The position numbers and the translations under genes are program-made. A stretch of 64,000 nucleotides of DNA, from NCBI GenBank assembly GCA_001730085.1, contig MDLB01000108.1:9119-73118 (forward strand), in the 5' to 3' direction. The notes beneath the pieces were generated by a model, which saw only the letters and a program-made list of their open reading frames with translations, was not told the DNA's origin and did not search any database. This DNA comes from PVC group bacterium (ex Bugula neritina AB1) (lineage in GTDB: Bacteria > GCA-001730085). Positions within the stretch are counted from its first letter, which is position 1, and every line of letters starts with the position of its first letter. This document shows positions 62,698 through 64,000 of this stretch, in pieces.

Positions 62698-63891
62698 TTA
62701 TCTTATTTTTATTCCAAAAAAAATAATTAAATTAGAACTTAATGTTTTTATTCTTTTTAAAATTACAATATTTAGAATTGAAATTAAAAAAGTAGATTGA
62801 GATGATTTTTTTTTCTTTTCAATTTTTATTAAAAAAGGTACTTTAAAGTATATTGTATTTTTTGACCATTCTCCCTCTTTATAGATATCAGCTAAAACAA
62901 CATCTTGAGATAGTTGCACACTACTATAAAGATTATTTTCTTCGATAATTTTATGTACAGAAGGCTTTGCCATCTCTGTATATAAAATATCAAATGCAAA
63001 ATCAGAGGCAAATGCATCTCTTTTCATTAAAGCAATTTGTGCTATATAAAAAGGAATAAGAGTATCATCTTTTAATTTAAAAAGGTCTAAATGTTCTGGA
63101 AATATTTCTATTAAACTTTTAATGTTTTTAATTTGGATTATAAATTGATTTAAGATTTGTTTAGATTCTGTTTTATTTCTAATAATATTAGCTTGAGTGC
63201 CTCGACTTTCGTTAAAATCATGTTTTCGAAATCTAATTAGTTTCTTATCTAAAACTTTGACATTATAAGTAAAAAAGAGTCGTACCCACATATCAAAGTC
63301 AGGTAAGGAACGAAGGGCTGGATTATAAAACCCTACTTTTTCGTAACATGATTTACGTATTAATATTGTAGGATGGCAGATACAGTTCCCTTTATTAAAA
63401 AAGAAGTTCATCCACTCAGCACGAGTATTTGGTTTTAAAGAGTTAGAAAATTCATTTTTTAATGTTTTAATAGGCAGACTATTCGAATCAATAAATGTTG
63501 GTAAAGCAAAGACAGCGCCTAGTTCTTTATTACTATCCAACATAAGGACTTGTTGTTGAAGTTTGTCCAGTTCCCAGATATCGTCAGAGGAAATCAGAGA
63601 AAGGTAACTTGAAGAAGACATTTTGTAGCATTCATGTGTAGCAGCAACCGCTCCTTTATTTTTTTGAAAGACTTTATACTTAATGCGATCGTCACTTTTT
63701 GCGTATTTTTTTATTATTTCAGAGGAGCCGTCATTTGAAGCATCATCGACGATTATAAGCTCGAGGTCTTTAAATGTTTGATTTAAAACAGATTCAATAG
63801 CTTCTTCAATCCAAAGAGGGTGTTTATATGACGCCATCATAACAGATACTTTGGGTTTTTTATCTGCTTTTTTTTTAAAATCAATATTCAT
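62698..63891 (-). CDS. Family 2 glycosyltransferase
   Basis: VSVMMASY, SVLNQT, IIVDDASNDGS, SSDD, ICHPTILIR, DFDMWVR; very AT-rich. Confidence 0.92.
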   Translation of the reverse strand: MNIDFKKKADKKPKVSVMMASYKHPLWIEEAIESVLNQTFKDLELIIVDDASNDGSSEIIKKYAKSDDRIKYKVFQKNKGAVAATHECYKMSSSSYLSLISSDDIWELDKLQQQVLMLDSNKELGAVFALPTFIDSNSLPIKTLKNEFSNSLKPNTRAEWMNFFFNKGNCICHPTILIRKSCYEKVGFYNPALRSLPDFDMWVRLFFTYNVKVLDKKLIRFRKHDFNESRGTQANIIRNKTESKQILNQFIIQIKNIKSLIEIFPEHLDLFKLKDDTLIPFYIAQIALMKRDAFASDFAFDILYTEMAKPSVHKIIEENNLYSSVQLSQDVVLADIYKEGEWSKNTIYFKVPFLIKIEKKKKSSQSTFLISILNIVILKRIKTLSSNLIIFFGIKIR

Positions 63892-64000
63892 AATTAATAT
63901 GCTTTACAAGTAGGTTTTAGGTTCAAAAAAGTATTTTATAATAAATCATTTTATTTCCTTTATTATCTCACATATTTGTTTGATTTTTTCACAATCCCTT

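Larger units (their letters stand above)
60557..64000. mobile_element. Probable decayed tRNA-Ser-anchored genomic islet (right boundary not seen)
   Basis: Begins at tRNA 3' end; two pseudogenes, gene fragments and an AT-rich GT2 gene; no integrase visible in the window. Confidence 0.5.

Overview
AT-rich bacterial chromosome segment using standard genetic code 11, mostly core genome. Left (minus strand): lepA-lepB-der-plsY, gpsA, tRNA-Pro, nadE and a zinc-ribbon membrane protein. On the plus strand follow tmk-holB-PSP1(ricT)-metG-tatD, an orphan sugar-binding lipoprotein plus a TPR/Ca-loop secreted protein, purF-rmlA-rmlB-rmlD-glgA and a putative porin. Next is one ~33 kb information-processing supercluster: tRNA-Thr, tuf, rpmG, tRNA-Trp, secE, nusG, rplKAJL, rpoBC, rpsLG, fusA, a second tuf, the S10/spc/alpha clusters (no rpmD), cbiX and serS. 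The right end has tag, a DUF4013-like membrane protein with an acidic tail, tRNA-Ser(GCT) and a decayed accessory islet (APH(9)-like kinase pseudogene, P-loop kinase pseudogene, GT2 glycosyltransferase). Most notable: nusG is split by an in-frame TAA just before its KOW domain; near-invariant antibiotic-site residues are substituted in S12 (GGRVKD to GGRRLD), in both EF-Tu copies (R123G) and in S5 (K26T); the two tuf copies are unusually diverged; and an unassigned structured ~130-nt element lies upstream of lepA. I found no CRISPR array, rRNA gene, intact mobile element or clearly novel multi-gene system. All assignments come from reading motifs; no searches were run.
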